Notes: a model not told the origin generated them from the sequence alone. DNA of 64,000 nt from an uncultured Bacteriovoracaceae bacterium (GCA_964012805.1 CAXGUD010000020.1:12090-76089); one strand, 5' to 3'; positions 9,788-19,511 are shown, numbered from the stretch's first letter. Made by a program: numbers and translations.

Positions 9788-11214
9788 AGAAACTCTCCTC
9801 TTTTAAATTCATCCACGACATTAAAGTCTGAAAATGAATGCTTCTTTCCCTTTATCTCTTGATAATCTTCATGACCCTTACCCGCAACTAATAGAACACT
9901 ATCTGGAGCCATTAAGGAAAGTGCTTTCAAAATAGCACTTCTTCTATCTTCTATGACATGAACGTTTGCAGATGTTTCTATCCCTTTAAGAATATCTTCT
10001 ATTATTCCTCTTGGGTCCTCATTCCGAGGGTTATCAGATGTAACAAAAATATGATCCTTTGAAGAGTTACAAATGTCTCCTGCAATTTTTCCCATTTTTG
10101 GTCGCTTCAAACGGTCTCTGTCACCTCCGCATCCAAAAACAACATACAAAGGCTTGTTATTATATCTTTCTTTTACTTCACAAAGAATGTTAGCGAGAGC
10201 ATCCGGAGTGTGAGCGAAATCAATAAAAACAACTTTTTCGTCAATCTTAATCTGAGAAAGTCTTCCTTTCGGCGGCTCAAGACTTTCAAAACTACAGTTA
10301 AAAGGCTTATTCCATAAAGCCTCATTTATCTGAAAAGCCAGTTCAACATTTTTTTTGTTAAAGCCCTGCATAAGAGCTGAAGGAAGATTTATAATCTGTC
10401 GGCTACCCAACTTTTTAGCAATTGAAAATGGGAAAGCCGTTAGCTTCTTTTTAAGAACTTCCTCGGAGGAAGGAATAAACAGTTGAGCCCCCTTGCTTTT
10501 TTTCAAGTAATCAAAAATAAGCGCTTTGCACCTAAAATACTCTTCCATATCCTCATGATAATCAAGATGATCCTGTGTAAAGTTCGTCCACCCAGCACAA
10601 TCAAACTGAAGACCAAATAACCTCCCTTGATGCAGACCGTGACTGCTTGCCTCAATAAAAATAACATCCACTTTGTCTTGATATTGAAAAAGTACTTTTC
10701 TTAAAAATACAAAAGAGGGTGTCGTTAGTCCTGATTCCAATTGTGTACCGTTAACTGTACAAACACCCATAGTCCCAATGCTAAGGGCCTTTTTTCCAAG
10801 TAACTCAGCGATATTTAGTGACAGGTGAGTGGTGGTCGTCTTACCGTTTGTTCCCGTAATAGCGACAAGTTTAACCTTTTCAGGATCAAATGGATAAAAC
10901 AAATCGAGAAGCAGGCTTTGGCAATAAACATAATCCTCTTCTTTAACAATAATATATCGACCAATCTCATCTCGGTTAAGTGGGTTTCCGCACATAATGA
11001 GAAGGCCGTGATCAGAGTTTCGATAACGCTCCAAAAACTGCTTCCATGCCTGCTCACCTTTGCGCAACTTGTAAAAGACAACATCTTCTCGGCTTGCAGA
11101 CTGCAAAGACTCCACAATATATTTTAATGCAAAAGAGTCATGACGGTGATCTGTGCGTAAAACAGATGGCTTTATATGGTTAAAAACATCACGAAGCGTT
11201 ATTTCTTTATTCAT
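9784..11214 (-). CDS. murE: UDP-MurNAc-L-Ala-D-Glu--meso-DAP ligase
   Basis: GTNGKTT, EASSHG, QDHLDYH, DFAHTPDA, GCGGDRD, DNPR (meso-DAP specificity motif) and AGKGHE. Confidence 0.96.
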   Translation of the reverse strand: MNKEITLRDVFNHIKPSVLRTDHRHDSFALKYIVESLQSASREDVVFYKLRKGEQAWKQFLERYRNSDHGLLIMCGNPLNRDEIGRYIIVKEEDYVYCQSLLLDLFYPFDPEKVKLVAITGTNGKTTTTHLSLNIAELLGKKALSIGTMGVCTVNGTQLESGLTTPSFVFLRKVLFQYQDKVDVIFIEASSHGLHQGRLFGLQFDCAGWTNFTQDHLDYHEDMEEYFRCKALIFDYLKKSKGAQLFIPSSEEVLKKKLTAFPFSIAKKLGSRQIINLPSALMQGFNKKNVELAFQINEALWNKPFNCSFESLEPPKGRLSQIKIDEKVVFIDFAHTPDALANILCEVKERYNNKPLYVVFGCGGDRDRLKRPKMGKIAGDICNSSKDHIFVTSDNPRNEDPRGIIEDILKGIETSANVHVIEDRRSAILKALSLMAPDSVLLVAGKGHEDYQEIKGKKHSFSDFNVVDEFKRGEFL

Positions 11215-13138
11215 ATTTAGGAGGTGAGTAAATAAGTTCTACAAACCTTCTCCCCGCAAACTCTCTTCCTGGAGAAGGTTTCTGTGAAATAACAAGACCT
11301 ATACCTTTATGCAAGACTTTAACCTTCAGCTGAGAGGCAAGCTTGCTTACTGAGATCTTATCTAAACCAATAAAATCTGGCACATATTTTTTTCCTATTA
11401 GTCTCGTGGGTTGTTTTTCAATAACCATCGATTTAAATACTTTCGTATTAATACCTTCTTCGAAAGCAAGGTCATCGAAGTCTTTGTTTTTATATAAATA
11501 ATAGTGGGCTATTTTTTTGAAAACAGGGGCCGCAACTCTATTGCCATAATAGTTTTCACCCTCAGGTTTTTCGATGTAAACATAAATAACAAATCTATCT
11601 TTAACGTTCACAGGGAAACCAACAAACCCAGGAATGTAGCCTGAGTAACCACCTTCTTTATCAGGCCTTTGAGCAGTACTTGTCTTACCAGCAATTTTAA
11701 AATACGGAATCCTAGCCTGACTACCCGTGCCATCTTCGACTGCCTTAATTAAAATATCTGTTAAAAACTCGGCTGTTTTCTGAGTTAAAACTCTTGTTTT
11801 ATCTTTACCGACATCCTTTCTTTCCCCCTCCCACTTCTTAACAATCGTCGGCTTTACCAAATAGCCTCCGTTAGCAATTGTTGAGTATGCGGATAAAATT
11901 TGAACTCCTGTCGTTGCAACGCCTTGTCCAAAACTTATATTACTTAAACTAAGAGGGGTTATATTTACTTTTGAAGTAAAAATTCCTCTAGATTCTCCAG
12001 GCATTTCAACTCCTGTTTTTTGACCAATGCTTAAATCGACGAGAGTTTTTCTTAACTTTGGAAAAGTTAAATCAAAGGCAATTTTTGTTGTCCCAATATT
12101 TGAACTATACTTTAAAATTTCGGATACTGAAAGCCATTCGTATTTCTTCTCTAGGTCTGCTTCCCTTATAATGTGTTCTCCTATTTTTAAGGACCCTCTT
12201 TCACAATAAAAATTAGTATCTGGCATAGCTATTTTATTTTCGAAAGCAGAAGCAACAGTAAAAGTTTTAAAGACAGAGCCAGGTTCAAAGGGATCACTAA
12301 TAAAAGAAAGCTTAGTGTTTTTTAAGGATCTATTTTGAATAGCATTTGGATCGAAAGTAGGGTAGTTAGCTATGGCCAAAATTTCACCTGTTTTGGCATC
12401 CATAACACCAACTCCACCCTTAAGGGCCTTACTTTTTATAATAGCCTCTTTAAGTGCTTTTTCTGCCATAGATTGAAGGTCTTTATCTATGGTCAAATAA
12501 AGACTTTTCGCTGTATCTTCTGAATCAATAGACTCAAACTTAAGAGGTCTTCCTTTAGCATCTTTAACATATTTTATTACTTTAGCTTTACCCCTTAACT
12601 TATCGTCGAAGACATATTCTAAACCAGATAGACCTTTATTATCTAAACCAACGAAGCCTAATGTCTGCGACAGAAGACTCTGATTCGGATAAAACCTTTT
12701 TGGAACAGCCTCAATATAAATACCCTTAATTTCTCTAATCTTTATAACTTGTTTATCCGTTAGAGAAATTTTTCTAGCTAACCAAGTATATCTTTTTCTT
12801 TTATAAATTTTCCTTTGAATCGTTTTAAGACTTAAATTGGGAACAATTTCAGACAACCTGATATAACTATTAATACCCTCTTTCACATTTTTTGGTATTG
12901 TAAAGATACTGTATGTTTGGGTATTTATGGCCAAAGAGTTTCCTTCTCTATCAAAAATATTCCCTCGATTAGGATAAATTTTAAACTCTCTTAAAATTTG
13001 CTTCTTTGAATACTTTAAAAGTTTTTCTTTATTAACAACTTGAATATAAAAAGCCTTAATTAGGACAATTAAAAAAAATAAAAAAAATGAAAAGAAGATA
13101 AGAGATATTTGCTTTTTTTCTTTGTAATAGTTTCTCAT
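11207..13138 (-). CDS. ftsI: Class B penicillin-binding protein FtsI/PBP3 with C-terminal PASTA-like domain
   Basis: RGNIFDR, EPGSVFK (SxxK), SSN (SxN) and KTS in place of KTG; PASTA-like VPDFIG...QKPSPG. Confidence 0.93.
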   Translation of the reverse strand: MRNYYKEKKQISLIFFSFFLFFLIVLIKAFYIQVVNKEKLLKYSKKQILREFKIYPNRGNIFDREGNSLAINTQTYSIFTIPKNVKEGINSYIRLSEIVPNLSLKTIQRKIYKRKRYTWLARKISLTDKQVIKIREIKGIYIEAVPKRFYPNQSLLSQTLGFVGLDNKGLSGLEYVFDDKLRGKAKVIKYVKDAKGRPLKFESIDSEDTAKSLYLTIDKDLQSMAEKALKEAIIKSKALKGGVGVMDAKTGEILAIANYPTFDPNAIQNRSLKNTKLSFISDPFEPGSVFKTFTVASAFENKIAMPDTNFYCERGSLKIGEHIIREADLEKKYEWLSVSEILKYSSNIGTTKIAFDLTFPKLRKTLVDLSIGQKTGVEMPGESRGIFTSKVNITPLSLSNISFGQGVATTGVQILSAYSTIANGGYLVKPTIVKKWEGERKDVGKDKTRVLTQKTAEFLTDILIKAVEDGTGSQARIPYFKIAGKTSTAQRPDKEGGYSGYIPGFVGFPVNVKDRFVIYVYIEKPEGENYYGNRVAAPVFKKIAHYYLYKNKDFDDLAFEEGINTKVFKSMVIEKQPTRLIGKKYVPDFIGLDKISVSKLASQLKVKVLHKGIGLVISQKPSPGREFAGRRFVELIYSPPKYE

Positions 13139-13190
13139 TAAAAAATTCTTACATTCTCAAAAAAGAAAAACAACTCTTCATCGTACTTTT

Positions 13191-13511
13191 TTAGGTTTCT
13201 GGAATAATTATTATTTGATTTTGTTTAGGTTCTTGAAGATCATACTTTTTGGCAAACCTTCTTAAATTTTTAATAGACAAAAGTCTAGCTCTGACAGCTT
13301 CAAGTTTCTTATTTTCAACTTCATTTTTTCTTATTTTTTCGTTGACTTCCGATACTTTATAGTCAAGTTCAACACTTTTCATCCTAAATAAAACAAAAAG
13401 AACTCCAATAACCATTAAGAAAAGACATAAAGGAAAAACTTGGGGATTAAAAAAAACTTGGAAAAATCGTCCTGCGATTCCTTTTTTCTTAGTTTCCGAT
13501 AATTGCGCCAT
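13191..13511 (-). CDS. ftsL: Cell division protein FtsL-like
   Basis: Small bitopic protein (TM plus coiled coil, ending LLSIKNLRRFAKKYDLQEP) between rsmH and ftsI. Confidence 0.8.
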   Translation of the reverse strand: MAQLSETKKKGIAGRFFQVFFNPQVFPLCLFLMVIGVLFVLFRMKSVELDYKVSEVNEKIRKNEVENKKLEAVRARLLSIKNLRRFAKKYDLQEPKQNQIIIIPET

Positions 13512-13535
13512 TTCTCCTCCATGATAAATGATGCT

Positions 13536-14462
13536 TTATATTTTTTCAATTACTCTTAGCTTAGCACTTCTAGACCTTAAATTATTTTTTATTTCTTCTT
13601 CAGAGGGTAAAAGAGGCTTTTTAGTCAGAATTTTACAAGGAATATCTCCTTTGGCCAATTCTTTGAAACCAAGTTTTACTATACGATCTTCTAGTGAGTG
13701 GAAACTTATTATTGCAATTCTTCCCCCACTAGAAAGCAAAGGCATTAACTTAGGCAAAGTCTCCTTCAAAACATCTAGTTCTCTATTTATAAATATCCTC
13801 AAAGCCTGAAAGCATCTTGTAGCTGGGTGAGCTCCTTTAAACCTAAGTTTTTTAGGATAGCAATGATAAATGACTTCTTCTAAATCTTTTGTCCTCAAAA
13901 AGGGCTTAGAAACCCTCGTATTAACAATTGAGTCAGCAATTCTAGAAGAAAACCTTTCTTCTCCATATTCTCTAAATATTTTTTCCAGGTCTTCCTTTGG
14001 ATATTCATTCAAAATTTCTTTAGCTAAAGGCACATTTTCATCATCAGCATTCATTCTCATGTCTAGGGGCCCATCTAAACGAAAAGAAAAGCCTCTCTCT
14101 GCTTTATCAAAGTGGTGACCAGAAACACCCAAATCCATCAAAATGCCTTTCAATTTAACACCACTATTTTCAATACGTTCTTCAAAAAATTTAGGAAACT
14201 CACGAAAATTACCGTGGACAAGCTCAATCCGACTAGGATCCTCAAGGCTTTTAATAATTTCTCGCCCATTGCTAACAGCTTCTGGATCCTGATCAAATGC
14301 TAAAACATGACAGGTTTTATCCGAATCTAAAAGGGCCCTAGAATGACCTCCACCTCCAAAAGTAAGGTCCGCAAAGAGCTCTTTTTCGTTAAAAGGTGCA
14401 CCCTCTGTTAAATATTCAATACACTCTCTTTTCAATACAGTTTCATGCTGCGTGTAACTCAA
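13536..14462 (-). CDS. rsmH: 16S rRNA m4C1402 methyltransferase
   Basis: DLTFGGGGHS, DLGVS, RGFSF, PLDMRM, FHSLEDR and RSRSAKLR. Confidence 0.97.
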   Translation of the reverse strand: MSYTQHETVLKRECIEYLTEGAPFNEKELFADLTFGGGGHSRALLDSDKTCHVLAFDQDPEAVSNGREIIKSLEDPSRIELVHGNFREFPKFFEERIENSGVKLKGILMDLGVSGHHFDKAERGFSFRLDGPLDMRMNADDENVPLAKEILNEYPKEDLEKIFREYGEERFSSRIADSIVNTRVSKPFLRTKDLEEVIYHCYPKKLRFKGAHPATRCFQALRIFINRELDVLKETLPKLMPLLSSGGRIAIISFHSLEDRIVKLGFKELAKGDIPCKILTKKPLLPSEEEIKNNLRSRSAKLRVIEKI

Positions 14463-14547
14463 AATCTCATCCCTCCAAACATGCTATGCAACAAAAAAGA
14501 CATTACCTCAAGATTTTCTAATTTGACATTAGATTTCTCCATGTTAG

Positions 14548-15729
14548 ATGTATTTGATGGACTCAGGAATTCAAACATCTAATATATTATTTTCCAAAAA
14601 GAGATCTAAAGCTTTTCTTGATTTAGCCAAAAAAGAAACAAGAGAAGATCTCATCGAAAACCTTCAAAACCTGGCCAATAACCAAGACCTCACATCGATC
14701 TTCAAAATCGTAAAGTCAGTCACTTCAACCTCATCATGGTTATCCCACTCCTATTATCGCTATTATAAATCATTATTGGAGTTAAACGAAACAAAACAAA
14801 AATCTTTTCTGACGATAAAAGAAGAGGAAATTATCCAAAAAGTTATCAGAAAAAATAAAGCTGCTTTTTCTGAATATGAAAGTGAGGACATATTTAAAGC
14901 CATTTATAAAGAGGCCCTCCTTTCTCACACCAATAACAATATATCTTCTAGACTGATTCTTCCCAGAATTGAAGCCGTCATTGTTATTCTCGATGGTGTC
15001 TTTAATGAGCTCTTTTCACAAAGTTTTTTTGAGCGCTCATTAAGAAAATTATCTAGTGAAATGGGAGTAACCTTTCTCATACCCAAAATATCTGGTTTTC
15101 AAGGAACTGAGGAAAATTCAAAGATTATTCATAAAGAAATATTAGGCTTTTCACAAAAGTTTCCTCGAAAAAAGTTTTGGCTTCTGGGTTACTCTAAAGG
15201 CGGAATAGATGCTTTGCACTACATTTCTCAAAATAAAAGCTTCGCTGAAGATAAAGTAGTTGGTCTATCAACTCTTGCATCACCTCTCTTAGGTGTCGAT
15301 AAGTTCAACAGGGGAGTTTTGAAAACTCTTGTCCAAATTAAAAACAATTTTTCCAACGAGAAAATAAGAAAGGATATCTTTTTTGAAGATATTCAAAAGT
15401 CTTTAGACTCTAGTTTTCAAAGAGTATGGTTTCTCCAAAATTATAAAAACCTACCCAAAAATATCTTTTATTCTTCTCTCGGCTTTGAAACTGACTGGAA
15501 AAAAGCACATTTTTGGATGTTATTAACAAAGGCAATATTTCAAAGCCCCAAAAAAAATGATGGTGTTGTCGATTGTGATGACGCACACTTTCCTTGGTTC
15601 TTTCCCTCGCTAAACCTAGGTATTATAGATGGACATCATCTATTTGGAATGAGGTCAACCTTTCATAGCCAAGAGGCTATTTTAGAGTCTCTTCTTATTT
15701 TTTTAAATTTTAAAGGTCTTTTAAGTTAG
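14548..15729 (+). CDS. Alpha/beta-hydrolase (lipase/esterase-like) with uncharacterised N-terminal region
   Basis: GYSKGG nucleophile elbow, NDGVV acid motif and a GHH histidine near the C-terminus. Confidence 0.75.
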   Translation: MYLMDSGIQTSNILFSKKRSKAFLDLAKKETREDLIENLQNLANNQDLTSIFKIVKSVTSTSSWLSHSYYRYYKSLLELNETKQKSFLTIKEEEIIQKVIRKNKAAFSEYESEDIFKAIYKEALLSHTNNNISSRLILPRIEAVIVILDGVFNELFSQSFFERSLRKLSSEMGVTFLIPKISGFQGTEENSKIIHKEILGFSQKFPRKKFWLLGYSKGGIDALHYISQNKSFAEDKVVGLSTLASPLLGVDKFNRGVLKTLVQIKNNFSNEKIRKDIFFEDIQKSLDSSFQRVWFLQNYKNLPKNIFYSSLGFETDWKKAHFWMLLTKAIFQSPKKNDGVVDCDDAHFPWFFPSLNLGIIDGHHLFGMRSTFHSQEAILESLLIFLNFKGLLS

Positions 15730-16320
15730 TTATTGTAAACTTCCCTTAACATTCATAAGAACAAGCTTACTAATCATTTTGAGAGCGTCAAAAACCCCCT
15801 GCCCGTCACTCGCCACAGCTTCAAAAGAAGGGGATTTCCACTTATTTAAGTTTTTCTCAAGATCCTTTATAGGAGTTGTATTTGGTAAGTCTCTTTTATT
15901 CCATTGCATGACCAAAGGTAAGCCTTCCATATCAAGACCCTGATCGATTAAATTATTTTCAAGTCCCTTTAAACTTTCAATATTTGACTCCATCTTCTCA
16001 AGTTGAGAATCTGCAACAAAAATAATACCGTCTAAACCCCTTAGAATAAGCTTTCTACTTGCTTCATAAAAAACCTGCCCCGGAACCGTATAAAGATGAA
16101 AGCGAGTTTTAAACCCCCTAATTTCGCCTAAATCCAAAGGGAGGAAATCAAAAAAGAGAGTCCTCTCATTTTCTGTATTGAGAGTTATCATTTCACTTCT
16201 TACATCTTTACTTGTTTTTTTATAAACATGTTGGAGGTTTGTAGTTTTTCCTCCCAAACCAGGTCCATAATAAACAATTTTACAATTAACTTCTTTAGAA
16301 TGGTAATTAACGAAAGACAT
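15730..16320 (-). CDS. mglA: Ras-like small GTPase MglA
   Basis: NCKIVYYGPGLGGKTTN, ERTLFFDFLP, LYTVPGQVFY and NKRDLP. Confidence 0.96.
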   Translation of the reverse strand: MSFVNYHSKEVNCKIVYYGPGLGGKTTNLQHVYKKTSKDVRSEMITLNTENERTLFFDFLPLDLGEIRGFKTRFHLYTVPGQVFYEASRKLILRGLDGIIFVADSQLEKMESNIESLKGLENNLIDQGLDMEGLPLVMQWNKRDLPNTTPIKDLEKNLNKWKSPSFEAVASDGQGVFDALKMISKLVLMNVKGSLQ

Positions 16321-16331
16321 TTCCTTTTCCC

Positions 16332-16829
16332 TTATTCATTAAATGTAAAAATATCATTCATCTCTTTGTCTGTTATATTTCCAAATAGAAAGCTTTGGTT
16401 TTTCACTTCTTCTTCATCAAAATTTAAAATTTCACTTTGAAATGAAAAAAGAAGCTTTTTAAGTTCATTTTTTAAAATAGCTGGATTTATCTGATTATAA
16501 AAAATAGCGCCTAAATAATATTTTTTAGAATTTATGTCCAAAGGGAGAATATAAATTCCACTTGATGACGTATCAAAAGAAAATCTGAACAAACCATCTA
16601 ATTTCATTTCCCTTGAAGCCATCTTACTAACTGTTTCAGCAGCCTGCCATGCACCACTCATTAAAACGCAAATGGAATCGGGATCTATATCATTAACGAT
16701 AGGGCCATATTTATAAAGTACGCCTCCATCTTTTCGACAGAGGAAGAGAGAGCATTCTCCAAAGTTACTTTTAGCTAAATATTTATCGAAAAAACTCTCA
16801 GTTCGGCTTGAAATACTTTCTTCAATCAT
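16332..16829 (-). CDS. mglB: Divergent MglB-like roadblock/LC7 protein
   Basis: Between recR and mglA; roadblock-like pattern (LFLCRKDGGVL...LMSGAWQAAE); acidic C-terminal helix FGNITDKEMNDIF. Confidence 0.72.
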   Translation of the reverse strand: MIEESISSRTESFFDKYLAKSNFGECSLFLCRKDGGVLYKYGPIVNDIDPDSICVLMSGAWQAAETVSKMASREMKLDGLFRFSFDTSSSGIYILPLDINSKKYYLGAIFYNQINPAILKNELKKLLFSFQSEILNFDEEEVKNQSFLFGNITDKEMNDIFTFNE

Positions 16830-16874
16830 CTTAAAAACAATCCCTGTTTTTCGTTATCAAAGATTATAAAAGCT

Positions 16875-17480
16875 CTAATGAATTCTTGTCGTATTTTCAA
16901 AAGCTTTGTTTATTGTAAGAGAGTCTAAATACTCAAGATGACTCCCTATCGGAACACCAAAACCAATCCTTCTAACATTAATATTTTCAGGTATAACTTG
17001 CTTTAAATAGGAGCAAGTCGCATCACCCTCTACCGAAGGGTTAAGGGCCAAAATAAGATCCTCAACACCCTCAGCATCCAACCTTTCAATAAGCCTTTCA
17101 ATTCTCAACTCATCTGGACCTACACCTAAAAGAGGATTTAAAACACCTCCCAAAATATGATAGGTCCCTCTAAACTGTTGAGCTCTTTCAATTGCCAGGC
17201 AATCACTCAAAGATTCAACAACACAGATCTTTTTTTCGTCATTTCTCGATGGGTTTAGGCATATATGACATAAATCTCCATCCGAAAAAAAGCCGCATCG
17301 CTGGCACTTCTCTAATTCTGTGAGTTCTTTTAGACTTTGTCCAAAGTTTAAAAGCTTTTCTTCACTCCAATCAGATAAAATAAGGGTGTACCTCATTGAG
17401 GTTTTTGGTCCAACACCAGGTAATTGACTAAAGCCATCCATTACCCTTTGAATTTTAGGAGGTAATTCAATCTCTCTCAT
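16875..17480 (-). CDS. recR: Recombination mediator RecR
   Basis: LPGVGPKT HhH, C4 zinc finger (CQRC...CHIC), ICVVE, YHILGG and VEGDAT. Confidence 0.97.
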   Translation of the reverse strand: MREIELPPKIQRVMDGFSQLPGVGPKTSMRYTLILSDWSEEKLLNFGQSLKELTELEKCQRCGFFSDGDLCHICLNPSRNDEKKICVVESLSDCLAIERAQQFRGTYHILGGVLNPLLGVGPDELRIERLIERLDAEGVEDLILALNPSVEGDATCSYLKQVIPENINVRRIGFGVPIGSHLEYLDSLTINKAFENTTRIH

Positions 17481-17483
17481 AAC

Positions 17484-17798
17484 TTAAAAAAGCCCTGGAA
17501 TCTTCATCCCACCTGTAACTTTACTCATAGCTTTTGAAACCATTTCTTGAGACTCTTTCACCGCTTGGTTAACTGCCGTTTGCAAGAGTTCTTCAAGAGT
17601 ATCAATATCAGAAGGGTCAACACACTCTTTGTCTATCTTTAGGCTTAGAATTTCTTGCTTACCATTAATTTTTATTTTCACCATTCCACCACCAGAGCTT
17701 ATTTCCATTTCTCTAGCCTCGAGCTCTTTTTGTAATGTCGACATCTTTTGCTGCATCTGCTGTGCTTGTTTCATAAGATGATTCATACTATTCGCCAT
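17484..17798 (-). CDS. ybaB: Nucleoid-associated protein YbaB/EbfC
   Basis: MKQAQQMQ..SGGGMVK..LEELL..AVN; between dnaX and recR. Confidence 0.95.
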   Translation of the reverse strand: MANSMNHLMKQAQQMQQKMSTLQKELEAREMEISSGGGMVKIKINGKQEILSLKIDKECVDPSDIDTLEELLQTAVNQAVKESQEMVSKAMSKVTGGMKIPGLF

Positions 17799-17822
17799 TT
17801 TTTACTCCTTAACCTTCTTAAT

Positions 17823-19472
17823 CTAATTTAGGATAACCTTATCTACCTTTGAATTAAATAATTTTTCTGCCTCTTGAATCATTGGATGAGACTTAAGCTC
17901 TTGCTTATTTTTTTCACTTAAAAGTTCATCTCTTTTTTGATTCTTTTCGGCAACACTTAAAAACTCTTCCTTTAGCCCTTGCTCTTTCGTTAGAAGGTTT
18001 AATTTTATATCAACACCTCTAAGGGGAACATCAAAGAACTCGGAAATAAAGCTTTCTAAACGCTTTTTAGTTTCACCTTCATTTAAATGCTCCCAAAAAA
18101 CTTTAGCACTCTCTTTAAAGCCATATTCTATCTTTAAATTATTATCGAGAAGGTTCAATTTCTCTACAATACTTCCCTGCTCAAGGTTGGATGCTGTCGC
18201 TGGAGAAGACTTTTCTAAAAAAGAGAAAAAAGATTCCCAAGTTTTTGGTTTATTAGTAGAAACAATCGGCTGAGAATTAATATCTAAGTTAGGCTTTTTT
18301 TTTTCTTCGGTGACGTTTACAACCACCTCTCCTTTTGGAAGCAAAGGCGCAGAAACAACCTTATTACTTTGGTCGTTCACTTTATTAAAAAATGTTCTTC
18401 TGAGACAAACCTTTTGAAGAGCGATTTCAAAAACCTTTTCAGGTTCATATGTTTCAAGAATCCAAGTGGTGTCCTTCGATAAAGACTCAAAAATCCAGAT
18501 AATCTCATCTAGAGAGAGTGTTTCTTTAATGGATTCAGAAAGGAAATTTTCCTGAACTAATTCATTTAATTTATCAGGGCTTCTTATTAGTTCATAAAAA
18601 TAGTCTAATATTGCCGTCATAATATTTTTGACAGAGACATTTTCAAGAAGAGTCTTTTGATAAAAACTCGAAAGCTCTTGAATATCTCCTCCCAAAATAG
18701 ACGATACAAGCTTTTTAACAAAAGATAGCCGAGCTAATCCTAAAGAGAGAACAACAGCTTCTTCATCAATAAGATTGTCCTCACTAAAACTTAGAACCTG
18801 GTCCAATAGAGACAAGGTATCTCTCACAGAACCCCTTCCTTGAATACAGATTTGCTTGAGAAGACTAGGTGCCTCAAAAACAACATTTTCTTGTTCAGCT
18901 ATATATCCAACATGCTTCTCAAGTTCTCCAAGAGCTATATTTCGGCAATCGAACCTCTGACAACGAGAGAGTACCGTTCCCAGGAGCTTCTCCGGCTCTG
19001 TTGTAGCCATCAAAAAAATTATATGCTTAGGTGGCTCTTCTAATGTCTTCAATAATGCATTGAAAGCACTTACTGAAAGCATGTGAACTTCATCAATAAT
19101 ATAGACTTTGAAATCACCCCTTGTGGGTAAATAATGTATATTACTAATAAGGTCTCTAATATTTTCTACGCTGTTATTAGACGCTCCATCAATTTCTATA
19201 ACATTCATCGAAGACTCAGAAGAAACTTCAATGCACGAAGGACAAACATTACAAGGGTTTCCATCAACGTCTAAAGATTCGCAACGAATTGCTTTAGCAA
19301 AAATCCTTGCTATCGTTGTTTTCCCCACACCTCTTGTTCCAGAGAAAATATAGGCATGCCCTAACTTCTTTTTGGTAATAGAGTTCCTCAAAGATTGCGT
19401 AATATGCTTTTGGCCAATTACATCTTTAAATTTCTTTGGTCTCCATTTAAGTGCCAAAACTTGGTATGACAT
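17823..19472 (-). CDS. dnaX: DNA polymerase III subunit tau/gamma
   Basis: YQVLALKWRP, GTRGVGKTT, EIDGASN, IIDEVHML and SRC motif. Confidence 0.97.
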   Translation of the reverse strand: MSYQVLALKWRPKKFKDVIGQKHITQSLRNSITKKKLGHAYIFSGTRGVGKTTIARIFAKAIRCESLDVDGNPCNVCPSCIEVSSESSMNVIEIDGASNNSVENIRDLISNIHYLPTRGDFKVYIIDEVHMLSVSAFNALLKTLEEPPKHIIFLMATTEPEKLLGTVLSRCQRFDCRNIALGELEKHVGYIAEQENVVFEAPSLLKQICIQGRGSVRDTLSLLDQVLSFSEDNLIDEEAVVLSLGLARLSFVKKLVSSILGGDIQELSSFYQKTLLENVSVKNIMTAILDYFYELIRSPDKLNELVQENFLSESIKETLSLDEIIWIFESLSKDTTWILETYEPEKVFEIALQKVCLRRTFFNKVNDQSNKVVSAPLLPKGEVVVNVTEEKKKPNLDINSQPIVSTNKPKTWESFFSFLEKSSPATASNLEQGSIVEKLNLLDNNLKIEYGFKESAKVFWEHLNEGETKKRLESFISEFFDVPLRGVDIKLNLLTKEQGLKEEFLSVAEKNQKRDELLSEKNKQELKSHPMIQEAEKLFNSKVDKVILN

Positions 19473-19511
19473 AATAAACTCTTGAGCTCGAAAGGGATTG
19501 ATGACATTAAG

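Noticed and set aside
14523..14550. TTGACA upstream of the hydrolase as a promoter
   Set aside because: No convincing -10 at 16-18 bp spacing; left uncalled.
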